Positions 50,879-63,155 of a stretch of DNA of 64,000 nt are shown piece by piece. The position numbers and the translations under genes are program-made. This DNA comes from Octopus sinensis (taxonomy: Eukaryota): NCBI RefSeq assembly GCF_006345805.1, contig NC_042998.1, forward strand, positions 34,658,001 to 34,722,000, given 5' to 3'. Numbering within the stretch: position 1 is the first letter of the stretch; every line of letters starts with the position of its first letter. The notes under the pieces were generated by a model. That model was not told where the DNA came from and did not search any database. It saw only the letters and a list, made by a program, of their open reading frames with translations.

Positions 50879-51039
50879 ATATCAAAGCTGGAAACCAATA
50901 TGTTGGGAAATGTGCATGTGTGCGTGTGTAAATAAGTTTTTGTTTGTGTAACTATTTGCAATATTTATTGATTTAATCATTCAAGAGGCACAAGTCTGGC
51001 TGTGTGGTAAGAAGCTTGCTTCCTAACCACATGATTCAG

Positions 51040-51718
51040 TTATTTACGTTATTTACATTTGATGGGTATTTGTCCTCATCTTGTTTGTTGTTAACATGTT
51101 TCGGCTGATATAACCTCCAGCCTTCATCAGGTGTCTTGGAGTAATTTCAAACATGGGTTCTCATTCCTAAGGTACTTTTTGATGTCATCATTATTATTAT
51201 TATTAGTAGTAGTAGTATTAATATTATTCAGGTTACTGCTTAGAATCGAACTTGGAATCTTGGGGCTAGTAGCCCATGCTCTTAACCACCACGCCATCGA
51301 AAATACCTTAGGAATGAGAACTCAGGTTCGAAATTTGCCCAAGACACCTGATGAAGGCTGGAGGGTATATCAGCCAAAACGTGTTAACAACAAACAAGAT
51401 GAGGACAAATATCCGTCAAATGTAAATAATGGAAATGAGGTTTGTTTGGGGCTACTAACCCCAAGATTCCGAGTTTGATTCCATACAGTAACCTGAATAA
51501 TAATAATAACAATAATAATAATAATAATAGTGGTAATAATAATATCAAAAAATACCATAGGGATAAGAATCCAGGTTTGAAATTTCCTCAAGACACCTGA
51601 TGAAGTCTGGAGGGTGAATCACCCAAAACTTGTTAACAACAAACAAGATGAGGACAAATATCCATCAAATGTAAATAATGTAAATAATTCCTCATCTCTT
51701 AAATATAGAACTGTATCC
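51040..51718. mobile_element. Hammerhead element locus 2: one minus unit plus two tandem plus units, inserted into a SINE
   Basis: The minus unit starts GGCGTGGTGGTTAAGAGC at 51295. Hammerhead-like motifs at about 51093-51135 (-), 51343-51385 (+) and 51592-51634 (+). Flanked by the 10-bp duplication CATGATTCAG (51030-51039 and 51719-51728). Confidence 0.8.
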
Positions 51719-51904
51719 CATGATTCAGGTTTCAGTCTCACTGCATGGCACCATGTCTAAGTGTCTCCTACTTTGGCCTCTACTGTTTGGCAATCAAACC
51801 AGGAAGTGGATTGAGGCTGGTGTAAATGGCCCTTGATGTCTTTGTCCCACTGGAAGAGGAAGGGAAGATGTCAAACCTTTCAATTAAGCAACTTTGGCCT
51901 GTTT

Positions 51905-52205
51905 CAGATATCCCATGTAGATATATTGGAGATATCAAATCTTGACCTGTTGAAGAAATTGAATGCTGGCCAGTTGTTAATATCAAATGCTGACATGTTG
52001 AAGATATCACATGTGAATCTGTTAAAGATATCAAATGTTAACCAGTAGAAGATATGTTGACCTGTTGAGATGTTGCGTGTTGACTAGTTAAAGAAATTAA
52101 ATGCTGAATCACTGAACATATCAAATGCAGGGCTGTTGTAGATATTGAGTGTTGGCCCATTGAAAATATCACATACTGACCTGTTGGAGATATCAAAAGT
52201 TTGCT
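51905..52205. repeat. Degenerate 24-bp minisatellite
   Basis: About 12 units of TGACCTGTTGAAGATATCAAATG(C/T). Confidence 0.75.
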
Positions 52206-52486
52206 AGTTGATAATAGTGAATTTTAACTTGTAAAAGTTAATACATGGTTGTTTCTTAAATTGTAATGCAGTGCTATGAAATAAGATATCAATTTTCATG
52301 TGAAAGGAAAACAAATGTTTATTGTAGAAGAGAGACTTTGTGACAAGAAATAAATCTAAAAGGAATGGATGGAGATTAAATATTGGTGGCCATGTGGCTG
52401 CAATTATAGGAAAGAATTTAGTTACTTTACTTGCATGCATGTGTGTGTGTGTGTGCATGTACAGATATATATATATATATATAACT

Positions 52487-52685
52487 GTGCGGGTGGCACG
52501 AAAAAAGCACCCACTACACTCACGGAGTGGTTGGCGTTAGGAAGGGCATCCAGCCGTAGAAACACTGCCAGATCTGACTGGGCCTGATGAAGCCTTCTGG
52601 CTTCACAGACCCCAGTTGAACCATCCAACCCATGCTAGCATGGAAAACGGACGCTAAACGATGATGATGATGATGATGATGATGA
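52487..52685 (+). mobile_element. Family C copy
   Basis: Same consensus with a long (GAT)n tail. Confidence 0.8.
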
Positions 52686-52843
52686 TATATATATATATAT
52701 ATATACATACATACACACACACATATTTGCATATATATGTGTGTGTCTATTTCTTTCTCTCATATATATCTTATAATCTTTGGATAATGCACTATACATT
52801 TCTTTAAATTCTCAATAAAAAATTAAAATGACAGTAAAAGCAA

Positions 52844-52884
<41 letters not shown>

Positions 52885-52889
52885 TATAT

Positions 52890-53168
52890 AATACAAATAA
52901 GAAAATGGAGGAACAGATTATTTTCAATCATCAACTTACAGATAATACCAATTCATATAATTTATTAACTAATTAAATAGGAACATCCAAATCCAACAGA
53001 ATAAAACAATATACATCAATAAGTAAGATAATACCTTATTGATGTATATTGTTTTATTCTGTTGGATTTGGATGTTTCTATTTAATTAGTTAATAAATTA
53101 TATGAATTGGTATTATCTGTAAGTTGATGATTGAAAGGAATCTGTTCCTCCATTTTCTTATTTGTATT
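52890..53168. repeat. Palindrome of about 280 bp
   Basis: 134-bp arms with an 11-nt spacer (53024-53034). Confidence 0.85.
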
Positions 53169-53614
53169 ATGATTTTGAGGTAAAACATTTTACCTTCGCC
53201 CATATAATACAATAAATGAACTAATTGCATTGCAATTGTAAGCATTTATGTATTAGCCTTTTGGGTACTTCACTGGCAGTATATTGTATAAGTGATATCC
53301 CATAGTGGGTTACACTAATAACCCCTATATCTCTTTGTACTATATATATATATAATATATATATATATACATATATATAATTTGGACAAATAAGTATAAT
53401 TCAATCAGTGTGTTGAAATGTTGAGTAGAGCACCAGCACAGTCTAGGCTACCTGTTGGCATCCATATTTAACAACAAGCCAGCCAACACTAAAAATATGT
53501 AGTGAGACTTCTTTATCAATGTACCTGAAGAGATCCAGATCAATGGGCTGAAACTTATGCTTGTACCTAATAAAAGTCTAATAGGAAATCCATCTCCTGC
53601 TATTAATATCACAT

Positions 53615-53644
<30 letters not shown>

Positions 53645-53651
<7 letters not shown>

Positions 53652-54058
53652 CCACTCCTTAATTCCCTACTGCCTGCTACCAGCCATCGTCCACCATTCC
53701 ACTACTGCTTGCTACCAGCCATCGTCCACCATACACACACATACACACACACGCACACACCCTTGTCATCTCACACACCTTTTTTACCATTCCTTCTCTG
53801 ATTCAGCTCTTTTGTTTTTAAAAAACACTTTTCCTTCCTTTTGACCACTTCCGTCCTTTTAGTATGTGACCTTGTGTAGACTACCTGCTATTTTTTTTTT
53901 TTCCCTCTGTCCTCCCGTCTCGGGATGTTTCTTTCTCCTATGTTTCCGACGAAGAGCTCCGCTCGAAACGTCAAACCCTCCTTCTTCCCTGAGCGTCCAA
54001 TAATACTTTATTTGTTCCACATCCTTGCGTTGTTGTTTTTTTGTTTGGATTAACTTTA
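53645..54058 (+). mobile_element. Penelope-like terminal repeat (pLTR) fragment of a second family
   Basis: Pyrimidine-rich segment between TA runs that carries a hammerhead-like motif; unrelated in sequence to the tRNA-headed family. Confidence 0.5.
53942..53976 (+). ncRNA. Minimal hammerhead-like motif (U4C variant)
   Basis: GTTT-CCGACGA-A-GAGC-tcc-GCTC-GAAAC-GTC-AAAC. Stems I and II pair perfectly, ACGU stem III, GUC triplet; the core has C in place of U4. Confidence 0.6.
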
Positions 54059-54080
54059 TATATATATATATATATATATA

Positions 54081-54586
54081 TCATCATCATCGTTTAGCAT
54101 CCGCTTTCCATGCTGGCATGGGTTGGATGGTGCAACTGGGGTCTGGGAAGCCAGAAGGCTGCATCAGGCCCAGTCTGATATGGCAATGTTTCGACAGCTA
54201 GATGCCCTTCCTAACGCCAACCACTCCATGAGTGTCGTGGGTGCTTTTTACGTGCCACCGGCACAGGTGCCAGACGAGGCTGGCAGCTAACGGCCACGAT
54301 CGGATAGTGCTTTTTATGTGCCACCGGCATGGAAGCCAGTCAGGGCGGTGCTGGCAATGGCCACGTTCGGTTGGTTCTCTTATGTGCCACAGCTACAATT
54401 TCCATTGATGTTGATCGATTTTGATTTTGATTTTCACTTGCCTCAACAGGTCTTCACAAATAGAGTTTTGTGTTCCAAGAAGGAAAGGTATGCATAAGTG
54501 GACTGAGGCCATGGGTTATGGTCTCACTTGATCTGCCGGGTCTTCTCACGCACAGCATACTTCCAAAGGTCTCGGTCTCTAGTCAT
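54081..54586 (-). mobile_element. 5'-truncated RTE LINE 3' end (ORF end, 3' UTR and (GAT)n tail); prototype of family C
   Basis: Minus strand begins MTRDRDLWKYAVREKTRQIK*, then a UTR containing TAGGAAGGGCATC and ending AAACGATGATGATG. Confidence 0.75.
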
Positions 54587-55382
54587 AATTTAGCAGACAG
54601 AACTTATCACAAATTTAAGTTGCTGTACTTAAAACAATAAATATTGAAATATTGTTGCTGAGGTGTATAAATTTTGAGACAATTAGGTCTTGACACTGAA
54701 CTTCTAATTGTCCAATCCATAAACATAGAAGTATGTGGCACAGATTGATACTTAGCAATTGGGAAATACTTAGCTTTTAACAGCTCTTTCAACATAGTTC
54801 TACTGTAATTGGTTATAGTCTTAATTACCTGATACTGGTGGATAGCACAATTCCCTGGTATTAAAAATTCACGCTGTTTTTGTTGCCTTGTAGCCCCTAG
54901 TTTAACATGCTCCCATCATTTTGGCTAAATGAGCAAATGGTTCTCATTGTTCTAATCTCTATTTTATAAAGCATACATAACAGTGATTCACAACCTTTGG
55001 TTAGTGGAATCCAGAGGAGTGGGGAGTGGAGCAGAGCATGAGCTGCTTAAAAAAAAACATCATAAATGTTGCAATGGAAATTGTATGATTGCTCAGTTAT
55101 ATACAATTATTCAGTTACATGTATATCTTTCTGGTGAGAAATGAAACTTGGTTTTACAAGTTTATTAATGAGTTTATTAACAAAGGAAGAACAAGTTGGT
55201 TAACAAATGAACTTATCATGAAGACAGACCTTTCATCTACCCAGAGTCTACAGGAAATTTCCCTAAGATAAACAGATTCTTGGTAGCCAAAAGGTTGGCA
55301 AGAGCTGTCGCCATACTCTCTAGTCTTCAGACATTAAGGTGACAATGATTTATAACGTAGTATTTATTTATAGTGCACTTTA

Positions 55383-55683
55383 TCTATAATATAAATTGGA
55401 CATGGGCAATCGTTGTCTTGAGGTTCACAGCCAAACAACTGGGTGGATTCACGTGAAAAATAGCACACATGTGGAGACAGGTGCATTGATTGGAATGCAG
55501 TAAGTATTTTTGTCCTAGCCCCAATAGTTACCGAGAAAATCGATTAAAACTTTTCTAATGGAATTCCCGTTTATTCTGCCAAAATGATAAGGTTGAGAAA
55601 CGCTGTTATAGATAATGCCTAACCGAAAACGATCACAGCCACATCATCCAAACAGACCGGGTGAAACCGGGCTTAGCTGCTAG
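55383..55683 (+). mobile_element. Non-autonomous Helitron
   Basis: A|TCTATAATATAAA ... CCGGGTGAAACCGG hairpin ... CTAG|T. Confidence 0.65.
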
Positions 55684-55929
55684 TTACATATAAACAGCAG
55701 ATCTAGTATTTCTTAAAATAATAAATTTAGCTATCAATGAAAAGCATCATTTGTGGAATGTTTTAAGATCTTGGCTCCTTTCTTCAATTCAGTATAAATA
55801 ATAGGTTTTCAGCTGGCAACTGTTCAAGTTATGGCTAACTTAATAGATTTTACCTGAATCACTGAAGAGAATCTATAGACATTAGAGATATTCAACCCTT
55901 TAACTCTTCAACAAGGCTCAAAGGATTCA

Positions 55930-56722
55930 GCCATGCTGGAGCACAACTGTTAGCTTTGCTATACCTTCACTACTTGAAACCTCTGATATGTGCATCTGGT
56001 GAATGATGGAGTTTAACATTGCTGCCCTCATCTCTGTTTCCTGCCACAAGGTGAGTTCATCTGGAACTCTTGACTGGAAGAGATCCAGTTTTGTTTTGAA
56101 GACACCCACATCCACTCCATGTAGGTCTCTCAGGATTTTTGGGAGGATGTTGAAGAGCTGTGGGCCTTTGAAGCACAAGCTGTTATAGTATCAGGTCCTG
56201 TATCTTGATAGTGATTAGGGGATCTTTGGTACTATACAGTGGCACCCTGTGCTGCTTTTTGTGTAACTTTCAATTCTTTTATTTGTTCCTCTATTCTTGT
56301 ATTTGTTTCAGTCATTTGACTGTGGCCATACTAGAGCACTGCCTTTAGCCGAGCAAATCAAACCCCAAACTTATTCTTTGTAAGCCTAGTACTTATTCTA
56401 TCGGTTTTTCTTGCCAAACTGCTAAGTGACAGGTATGTAAACACACCAGCATTGGTTGTCAAGCGATGTTGGGGGTAGAAACACACATACACACACACAC
56501 ACATATATATGACGGGCTTCTTTCAATTTCTATCTACCAAATCCACTCACAAGGCTTTGGTCGACCCGAGGCTTTAGTAGAAGACACTTGCCCAAGGTGC
56601 AACGCAGTGGGTCTGAACCCGGAACCATGTGGTTGGTAAGCAAGCTACTTACCACACAGCCACTCCTGTCAAACTTTGGTGCAAGTTTTTTCAAGATTTT
56701 CCAGATGTATATCACTACATAT
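55930..56722 (-). mobile_element. CR1-type LINE 3' end interrupted by a SINE
   Basis: VIYIWKILKKLAPKF [SINE 56276-56670] ...KGPQLFNILPKILRDLHGVDVGVFKTKLDLF...VPDE...RAAMLNSIIHQM. Confidence 0.75.
56276..56670 (-). mobile_element. SINE family A inserted in a CR1 3' end
   Basis: Reverse complement of the consensus; splits the CR1 reading frame. Confidence 0.85.
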
Positions 56723-57425
56723 CTACTTAAATAGCGGTATCAACAACATACCCAAATACTATGGAGGAGTGGGAATGAATAAATCCATTATATAGAATGT
56801 GCCATGCGGTTTTGACATCTAGCTGCAACTCTTTTGCTTAGTCCCTTAATGTCTTTATGGGAGACAGGAGCAGTGCATCTCAGAAGACCTTATTCACTGA
56901 AGTCATAAATCAATATTTAAAACAACCAATGTTGCAAACAAATATGAAATACCTGCATATGTTAATAACATATTCTAAGAACCCAACGAGGGGAACACAG
57001 ATGTAGCTGTTAGATATCCCTCAAGTCATATCCTCATATACAAAAGCAGAGAATGCCTTTAATTAGAGGTCAGCTGTGTGTGTGTGCACATGTATATATG
57101 TATGTGTGTATGTGCACATGTATATATATGTGTGTGTGTGTATATATACATATATATGTGTGTGTGTGTATATATACATATATGCATGTATGTGCACATG
57201 CATATATATATATATATATACACACACATGTATACATACCTACATATATCTGTGAGCATGTACGTGTGTGTGTATGTGTACATATATGTACTTGTAAATA
57301 CATAAATACACAAACACACACATATATATATAATTAATAATATCAGGGTTATAAAGATTTTAGAAATTTTTACTACCAGTGGCCTAGCATATAGAAAAAT
57401 TAGTCAATAGACTATATATTATTCA

Positions 57426-57826
57426 TATAAAATACAGTATACATTTAAACACATTAAGAGGTATCCATCATAGGACTCTCTTACGCTAGAAGGAACAGCT
57501 AAAGTCTAAACCACTAATTAGGGATAAATTCTCGAAGCGAATGAAAAATAAAAACATTTACCATCTATTTCCTGGACCATGGTTTCTGACATTTTTAGCA
57601 AATAAAATAATTTGCTAGGCGAAGTCTTCACCAACAAGTGCGCCAAGATTAAACATAAAAGGTGAGAAACCATGGTCCAGGGAATAGATGGTAAATGTTT
57701 TTATTTTTCATTCCCTTCAAGAACTCATCCCTAATTAGTAGTTTGGACTTAAGCTGTTCCTTCTGGCATAAGGGAGTCCTATGATGGATACCTCTTAATG
57801 TGTTTAAATGTACACTGTATTTTATA
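57426..57826. mobile_element. Long-TIR MITE / fold-back element
   Basis: Inverted arms of about 160 bp (57426-57587 / 57665-57826), moderately diverged, short spacer, TA-rich flanks. Confidence 0.7.
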
Positions 57827-57845
57827 CTTATATATATATATATAT

Positions 57846-58187
<342 letters not shown>

Positions 58188-58266
58188 ATATATATATATA
58201 TAAAAAAATGGTTTTTCCGTTTTCGTTTCTCGTTGAGTTCTACGTTTAGTTGTGGTGTCCTGTACT

Positions 58267-59030
58267 CATCATCATCATCATCATTTAACGTCCGCTTTCC
58301 ATGCTAGCATGGGTTGGACGGTTCAACTGGGGTCTGGGGAGCCCGAAGGCTGCACCAGTCCAGTCAGATCTGGCAGTGTTTCTACAGCTGGATGCCCTTC
58401 CTAACGCCAACCACTCCGAGAGTGTAGTGGGTGATTTTATGTGCCACCGACACAGGTGCCAGACGAGGCTGGCAAACGGCCACACTCGGATGGTGTTTTT
58501 ATGTGCCACCGACACAGGTGCCAGATGAGGCTGGCAAACGGCCACGATCGGATGGTGTTTGTTACGTGCCCACAGCACAGAGGCCAGTCGATGCGGTACT
58601 GGCTACGGCCACGTTCGGATGGTTTTCTTGTGTGCCACCGGCACTGGTACCACAAAGATACAAATTCCATTGATGTTCATCTATTTTGATATGTTTTGAT
58701 TTTCACTTGCCTCAACAGGTCTTCACAAGTGTCACAAGAAGGTAGGTATTCACAGGTGGACTGACTACGTCCCAGGTAGGGGCCACGGGTTATGGCCTGA
58801 CTAGTCTTGCCGGGTCTTCGGATGGTGTTTTTATGTGCCACCGACATAGGTGCCAGATGAGGCTGGCGAACGGCCACAATCGGATGGTGTTTGTTACGTG
58901 CCCACAGCACGGAGGCCAGTCGATGCGGTACTGGCTACGGCCACGTTCGGATGGTTTTCTTGTGTAACACCGGCACTGGTACCACAAAGATACAAATTCC
59001 ATTAATGTTCATCTATTTGTTTTGATTTGA
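58267..59030 (-). mobile_element. Family C RTE 3' end with internal tandem array of about 62 bp and a duplicated segment
   Basis: GTGCCACCGACACAGGTGCCAGA...CGGATGGTG units repeated at about 58440-58560; 58818-59030 duplicates about 58490-58695. Confidence 0.8.
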
Positions 59031-59704
59031 TATCAAAGGATGGTGAACAAAACCACCCTCTTTTCTCCACACCCTTTTTTCTACCAAACAGGTGGTCGGT
59101 TAAAGTTTATTCTAAATTTAAAAGTGAAATTAAAGAACACGCACACACTAACACATAACATACACAACATACAAATGACACAAACACATCATAGCACTTC
59201 CCAGAAAATTAGCAGAAATTATTATTAATAATGGATTAATTTCTTTATAGTATTTAGTCGTGTTCCACTAGATTCCCACTTCAAAATCCCATTGAGGAAC
59301 TGACTCTTCTTTCTTCAGAATTGGTTAAAAAAAAAAATTAAAAAAAAAAAAAAGGTGCCAGTAACAGAGTTGATTCATTTAAGCACACCCTCCCCCCGCA
59401 CTCTGATCAGTATTAGTTTTATGCTTATTTACCTGGAATCGACACTTTCAGCTGCTTTTCATTAAGCTCACAGTCCCAAATATGTTTGGGAGAATCGGAA
59501 AAGTAATTTTAGCAAAGCAAGTCTTTTACTCATGAGTGCTGGTGACACAAACGAACTGAGATGATGCAGCATTTCAACTGGAAACGAGAAGTGTGTTGTT
59601 TTATTAGCTTTCTCTGAAAGGTTGTCTTTTTTCTAAGATGTCAGCCACTAAGGAAATCATTACACATGTAAGTCTACATACATAACTTCACATATGAGCT
59701 TAAG

Positions 59705-59747
59705 GGTGCATGTGTGTGTATGTGTGTGTGTGTATGTGTATGTGTAT

Positions 59748-59802
<55 letters not shown>

Positions 59803-59986
59803 CTACATAAATATAAGTAGTATACACATACAAATATATATATATTATGTATGTGTTTATATATACATATATATATCATGTATATATACATATACAAATA
59901 TATATATGTATGTATGTATACATATTTGTTTGCTTATATTTATGTATGTACAAATACACCCACACAAACATATATACATACAGATG

Positions 59987-60036
<50 letters not shown>

Positions 60037-60173
60037 TATATGTATATAACACACACACACATATATATATTATGTATATATACATATACAAATATATATA
60101 TGTATGTGTACATATATATGTTTGCTATATGTATGTGCAAATACACCCACACAAACATATATACACACAGATG

Positions 60174-60215
<42 letters not shown>

Positions 60216-60333
60216 CACAGACATACATGTATAAAACACATATGTATGTCTGTGTAGTATATATATATATATATATATACAGACATATTTATGCATGTGT
60301 GAGTGTATGTGAAAGAGAGAATGAAAGAAGTGA

Positions 60334-60364
<31 letters not shown>

Positions 60365-60390
60365 AAGATAGAGAGAAAGAGAAAGTGATT
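59705..60390. repeat. Compound microsatellite with an internal duplication, followed by (GA)n
   Basis: CAAATACACCCACACAAACATATA segment duplicated at about 59950 and 60138. Confidence 0.85.
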
Positions 60391-60796
60391 AAGATATATG
60401 ATTCTCATTTCATTTTCCCGTTAACCTGTATTTACTTAAAAGTTCACTGTTTACCAATTCCATAGATGCTGCATGACTGTAAGATCTCATGCTCCAGTAA
60501 TTCATTTAATTTAGTTTCAGTCCTCTAAGGAATCCTTTCCTATTTATTGTAGTTGATATTTCCTGCTTAATCAATGGTTATTTGCAAAAGTATCACAAAT
60601 CTAAATATTGTATTTTGAACTGGATTACAGCAATGGAGACGAAGAGCAGAATGGTGATGCTGGTAGTGATGAGAATGATGATGATGATTAGGAATACAAT
60701 GATGATGATGATGATGGTAGTGGGTATGATGGTTAGTACCTTTCTATTAAATATTGTATTATTTTCCTCTGTCCTCCGTGTTCTTCACTTCTTCAT

Positions 60797-61145
60797 CATC
60801 ATCATCATCGTTTAACGTCTGCCTTCCATGCTAGCATGGGTTGGACGATTTTGACGGAGGGCTGCCAACCAGATGGCTGCACCAGGCTCCAATCTGATCT
60901 GGCAGAGTTTCTACAGCTGGATGCCCTTCCTAACACCAACTACTCCGAGAGTGTAGTGGGTGCTTTTTATGTGCCACCGGCATGGGGGCCAGTCAGGCAG
61001 TACTGGCAATGACCTCGCTTGAATCTTTTTACACATGCCACTGGCACAGGTGCCAGTAAGGTGACGTTGGTAACGATCATGCTCGAATGGTGCCGTTTTA
61101 CGTGCCACCGGCATGGAACCAGTTGGCTGCTCTGGTAACGATCTT
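60797..61145 (-). mobile_element. Family C copy
   Basis: Same consensus. Confidence 0.8.
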
Positions 61146-61619
61146 CCTAACATTAATTACACTTTATTATTGTCTTCTTTTTATGATTAACTCCACATTT
61201 ACATTCTTTTAATCTCTTTAATTCTTACCTGTTGTATTATCACTTCATCTACCTGTCTATGATTAATGATCTTTCATTAGAAAGCAATACAAAAGAACTA
61301 CCACAATTCTAAGTTTAGAAAATTTATTCATTCACGTTTTTTTAGTACCATCATTGCAAATATTTTTCTCTTTCGCATAGGAATAATAATCACATATTTC
61401 AAAGAATTTATCTGAGGATTTTTATGGGAAAATTATTCCAATTTTTGGCTGAATTAGCTGTAAAAGTATTTCAACTGTATTCCATGTGATTAACTCTATG
61501 GAAATTGCATTTAAACTTGTTTGTTATATTTAATTCTGAGAATTTGTTTGGATGAACTTATCTCATCCTTGCTATGTTTTAGTTTTAAAGAGTTCAAGTC
61601 TGCTTGTTTGACTGAGAAA

Positions 61620-61905
61620 TCATCACCATCATCATCATTGTTGTTTAATGTCCGTTTTCCATGCTGGCATGGGTTGGACAGTCTGATTGGGGACTGGCGA
61701 GCATGACGGCTGCACCAGGCTCCAATCTGATCTGGCAAAATTTCTACAGCTGGATGCCCTTCCTAATGCCAACTACTCTGAGAGTGTAGTGGGTGGTTTT
61801 TATGTGCCACCGGCATGAGGGGCCAGTCAGGCAGTACTTGCAATGACCATGCTCAAATGGTGTTTTTTTTTTTTTACATGCCACTGGCACAGGAGCCAGT
61901 TCAGC
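61620..61905 (-). mobile_element. Family C copy
   Basis: Same consensus. Confidence 0.75.
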
Positions 61906-61914
61906 AGCTAATTT

Positions 61915-62105
61915 TAAATTTTGCCACAAGGCCAGCAATTTTGGGGAAATTTTGACTACATTGTCACCAATATGTAACTGGTATTTATTTTATTGATTTG
62001 AAAGGATTAAAAGTAAAATCAATCCTGGCAGAATTTGATCTCAGATCATGAAAACAGGCTCAGCAGCATTTTGCCTGGCATGTTGCCATTTGTGCCAACT
62101 TGTCA
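61915..62105 (-). mobile_element. SINE family B (decayed)
   Basis: Reverse complement similarity. Confidence 0.5.
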
Positions 62106-62245
62106 CCTGAATGATTGACAAATATTGAAAATGGAATTTTGAAATACTGAAGATGGTTAGAAAGCAAAAGGTAGTAACACATCTCGAAGAAAATAGTGCC
62201 AAAATGGTTTGCAAAAAATAAACTACTTTTGTTTCCCAAACTTCT

Positions 62246-62741
62246 ACATTATTTACATTTGATGGATATTTGTCCTCATCTTGTTTGTTGTTAGCACAAC
62301 ATTTCGGCTGATATACCCTCTAGACTTCATCAGGTGTCCTGGGGGAAATTTCAAACCTGGATTCTTATCCCTAAGGTATTTTTTGATATTATTATTATTA
62401 TTATTATTCAGGTCACTGCATGGAATCAAACTCGGAATCTTGGGGTTAGTAGCCCCAAACAAACCTCATTTCTATTATTTACATTTGACAGATATTTGTC
62501 CTTATCTTGTTTGTTGTTAACACAACGTTTCGGCTGATATACCCTCCAGCCTTCATTAGGTGTCTTGGGAAAATTTCGAACCTGGGTTCTCATTCCTAAG
62601 GTAAATTTCCCCAAGAAACCTGATGAAGACTGGAGGGTATATCAGCCAAAACGTTGTGTTAACAACAAACAAGATGAGGACAAATATCCATCAAATGTAA
62701 ATAATGTACATAATTCCTCATCTCTTAAATATAGAACTGTA
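62246..62741. mobile_element. Hammerhead element locus 3: two tandem minus units plus one plus unit
   Basis: Motifs at 62293-62338 (-), 62519-62564 (-) and 62615-62660 (+), each with core or stem mutations. 13-bp flanking duplication with one mismatch: TTCCCAAACTTCT (62233-62245) / TTCCCCAACTTCT (62742-62754). Confidence 0.8.
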
Positions 62742-62834
62742 TTCCCCAACTTCTGTTCTGACTGAAAATTGGAAATCTGCCAAAACTAAATGGACGACCC
62801 TTTTAGAGGAGATCCGCAGCAAATATAAACAAGC

Positions 62835-63155
62835 ACTCTGTTTGGTTCTGATGACAAGGGTTCCAGTTGACCCCAATCCGTGGAACAACCAGCTTGTGAA
62901 ATTAACGTGCAAGTGGTTGAACACTTCACAGACACGCGTACACTTAATGTAGTTCTCAGGGAGATTCATGACAATACAGGATGTGACAAGACTTGCCCCT
63001 TTTGAATTACAAGTATTACTCATTTTAGCCAGCCGAGTGGACTGGAGCAACATGAAATGAAGAATCTTGCATAAGGATGCAATGTGCCACTGGAAATCCT
63101 ACTCATGATCTTAGAATGGGGAGCTGAAAACACTAACCACTAGTCACATGCCTTC
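62835..63155 (-). mobile_element. tRNA-derived SINE (fourth family, diverged)
   Basis: Minus strand: TAGTGGTTAGTG head followed by TTGCTCCAGTCCACTCGGCTGG...AAATGAGT central domain. Confidence 0.55.

Noticed and set aside
59430-59600. Possible minus-strand exon ending at CAG|GTAAAT (about 59432)
   Set aside because: Frames close quickly, no acceptor or homology; a lone donor-like motif is not enough.
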